From positions 181,075 to 245,074 of the forward strand of contig NMRA01000364.1 of the NCBI GenBank assembly GCA_002633005.1: a stretch of 64,000 nt of DNA, written 5' to 3'. The stretch is from Phoronis australis (taxonomy: Eukaryota; Animalia; Phoronida). Both the position numbers and the translations under genes were made by a program. The notes beneath the pieces were generated by a model. The model was not told the origin of the DNA and did not search any database. It saw only the letters and a list, made by a program, of their open reading frames with translations. Below are positions 62,401-64,000 of the stretch, one piece after another; positions within the stretch are counted from its first letter, which is position 1; the number at the start of each line of letters is the position of its first letter.

Positions 62401-64000
62401 CTCAATTGTGACCAATCTAACATTATGACAACAAAAATTATTCACCATTTTCAGTTATTTTCCTCTCTTGAAAATACAACCAGTGGAGATCTGCTCTACA
62501 AACCCTTTCTGTTAATACGAATGATAACCACCAACTCACGGCGGACTTCGTTTCTTCCGTTAAAACATTATGTTGCATTATGTCGGTTGGTAGTCTCAGT
62601 GGTGTGCGAAATTTGTGATATCCAGCAATGTCTGCCCTTGGGAAAATCTTGTTTTTGCCTCTGAAAACAAGCATTTTCCTTGATCAAATCCATTTTTCAT
62701 GTTTCCATTTACCGTGCGCTTGCTTTGCAAATCATCTCAATTTTAAAAGTTTTACTAAGAGAGAATTACGAGTATCTGAATGATTCACTAAGGCTTTTGT
62801 TTCTTCGTCGAGTTTAAGCCTCCGTTTTCTTTGAAAAAATGAAGTAATTTTCTTCATTGCACTGTGGAGCTGATCAAGGAAATGGAGTGATTGCGCACAG
62901 GTCTACTGGTGGTCGCCTGGGATATCACGTGCATATCGACCGGGAGAGGCATTACTTAGCCATATTTACTGTTACAATTGTGCAAGTTGTCTGAATTGAA
63001 CACTTGGAATTGGGTCTGAGCTCCACACACGCACACGCACAAATTAAACTTCCACACATTGTCAAATCTTGTTTCGGTCGTATAATGCTAATTACTGAGG
63101 TTAATTAATAAGGTCAACATTTCCTCACACTTTTGCTATTATATTTTTGTGGCCACCAAGGGGTGGAGCTGGACTCCCTAAATCCGCCTGTGGGTGGACT
63201 GCATAGTGAGGAGATCGTGGGACATGTAATGACATGACGCATGTAGGTGTTTTGTCTATTAGTACATTCTCTTTTTGTGTTCAGTGTTAAGCGGTTTAAT
63301 TTTAAAAAATTTAGGACACCATACGGCGATACGGGTGAATTTTTTTTCATCTTTTTGACAAAAATTAAGTATTAGGAAATAGATGGTTTATTTTAGAATT
63401 CTGTACCATAGGCAACACCAGGCAAAGCTCTGAGTAATTATACAGTGGCATTTGAAAAGTGGAGAAAAAGATCAACATTTTTGCATTATTTTGTTGTTGT
63501 CCGAAATTTGTGAGATTTATTAGATTTCATTGTAATAATTAGAAACTCAGTGATATTCTTATTCATTGGTGTTGTTACTTGCACACTGCAGTGCACACAA
63601 CATCCCCATAAGTTAATGTACAAAATAGTGCTAAGATCGGACTTCAGTAGCAGGGACACAATCGAGATGCAGAATGTAACCATCTTTCTTGTACTGTGCG
63701 ACCTATTTCCATTGCATTGTGGAGGGATATTCCTGAACCTGTGCCCTTTGGGCATGTGGGCCTTTTTTCAGAGTTGTCCCCAGTAGACTTAATGTAAATA
63801 AATTGGTAACCTGTAGATATTTATTTTGATAATCTTACAATGTTTTTAAGTTAGAATTTTTGTACATCTTTATTGTTGTTTTTACAGAGACGGGTATGTA
63901 GGATTTCTCACACACTGCTGCAACGTACTTGTGCCTATTTATTTTCTATGCCCTAATGGCACAAAGGCACGGTCTAGGAATATCTCTGATTTTGTCTATT

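Overview
Eukaryotic window from an intron-rich, AT-rich animal genome (probably an invertebrate). Gene models were read by hand from GT-AG sites and reading-frame continuity. It contains two tandem BTB/POZ-only paralogues (one truncated by the window start) and a tandem pair of secreted coiled-coil genes. One of that pair carries a CTHRC1 C-terminal domain but no collagen helix; the other stops before that domain and has a poly-Asn tract. Next come a THAP-encoding, TTAA-flanked DNA transposon with long TIRs (interrupted by a 512-N gap) and a complete 22-exon TOP3A gene on the minus strand (about 1020 aa, with an apparent mitochondrial leader). A probable head-to-head CEP20/FOPNL first exon follows. 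The last ~17 kb is a transposon pile: two abutting LTR-retrotransposon remnants (one with a PHD finger and a splice-acceptor-led accessory ORF), hAT-like non-autonomous elements (one with a 5-bp TSD confirmed by an empty-site duplicate), a Sola2-like relic, a Gypsy gag-protease relic and a local tandem duplication. No rRNA, intact tRNA or CRISPR array was seen. Family assignments come from motif recognition, not database searches.
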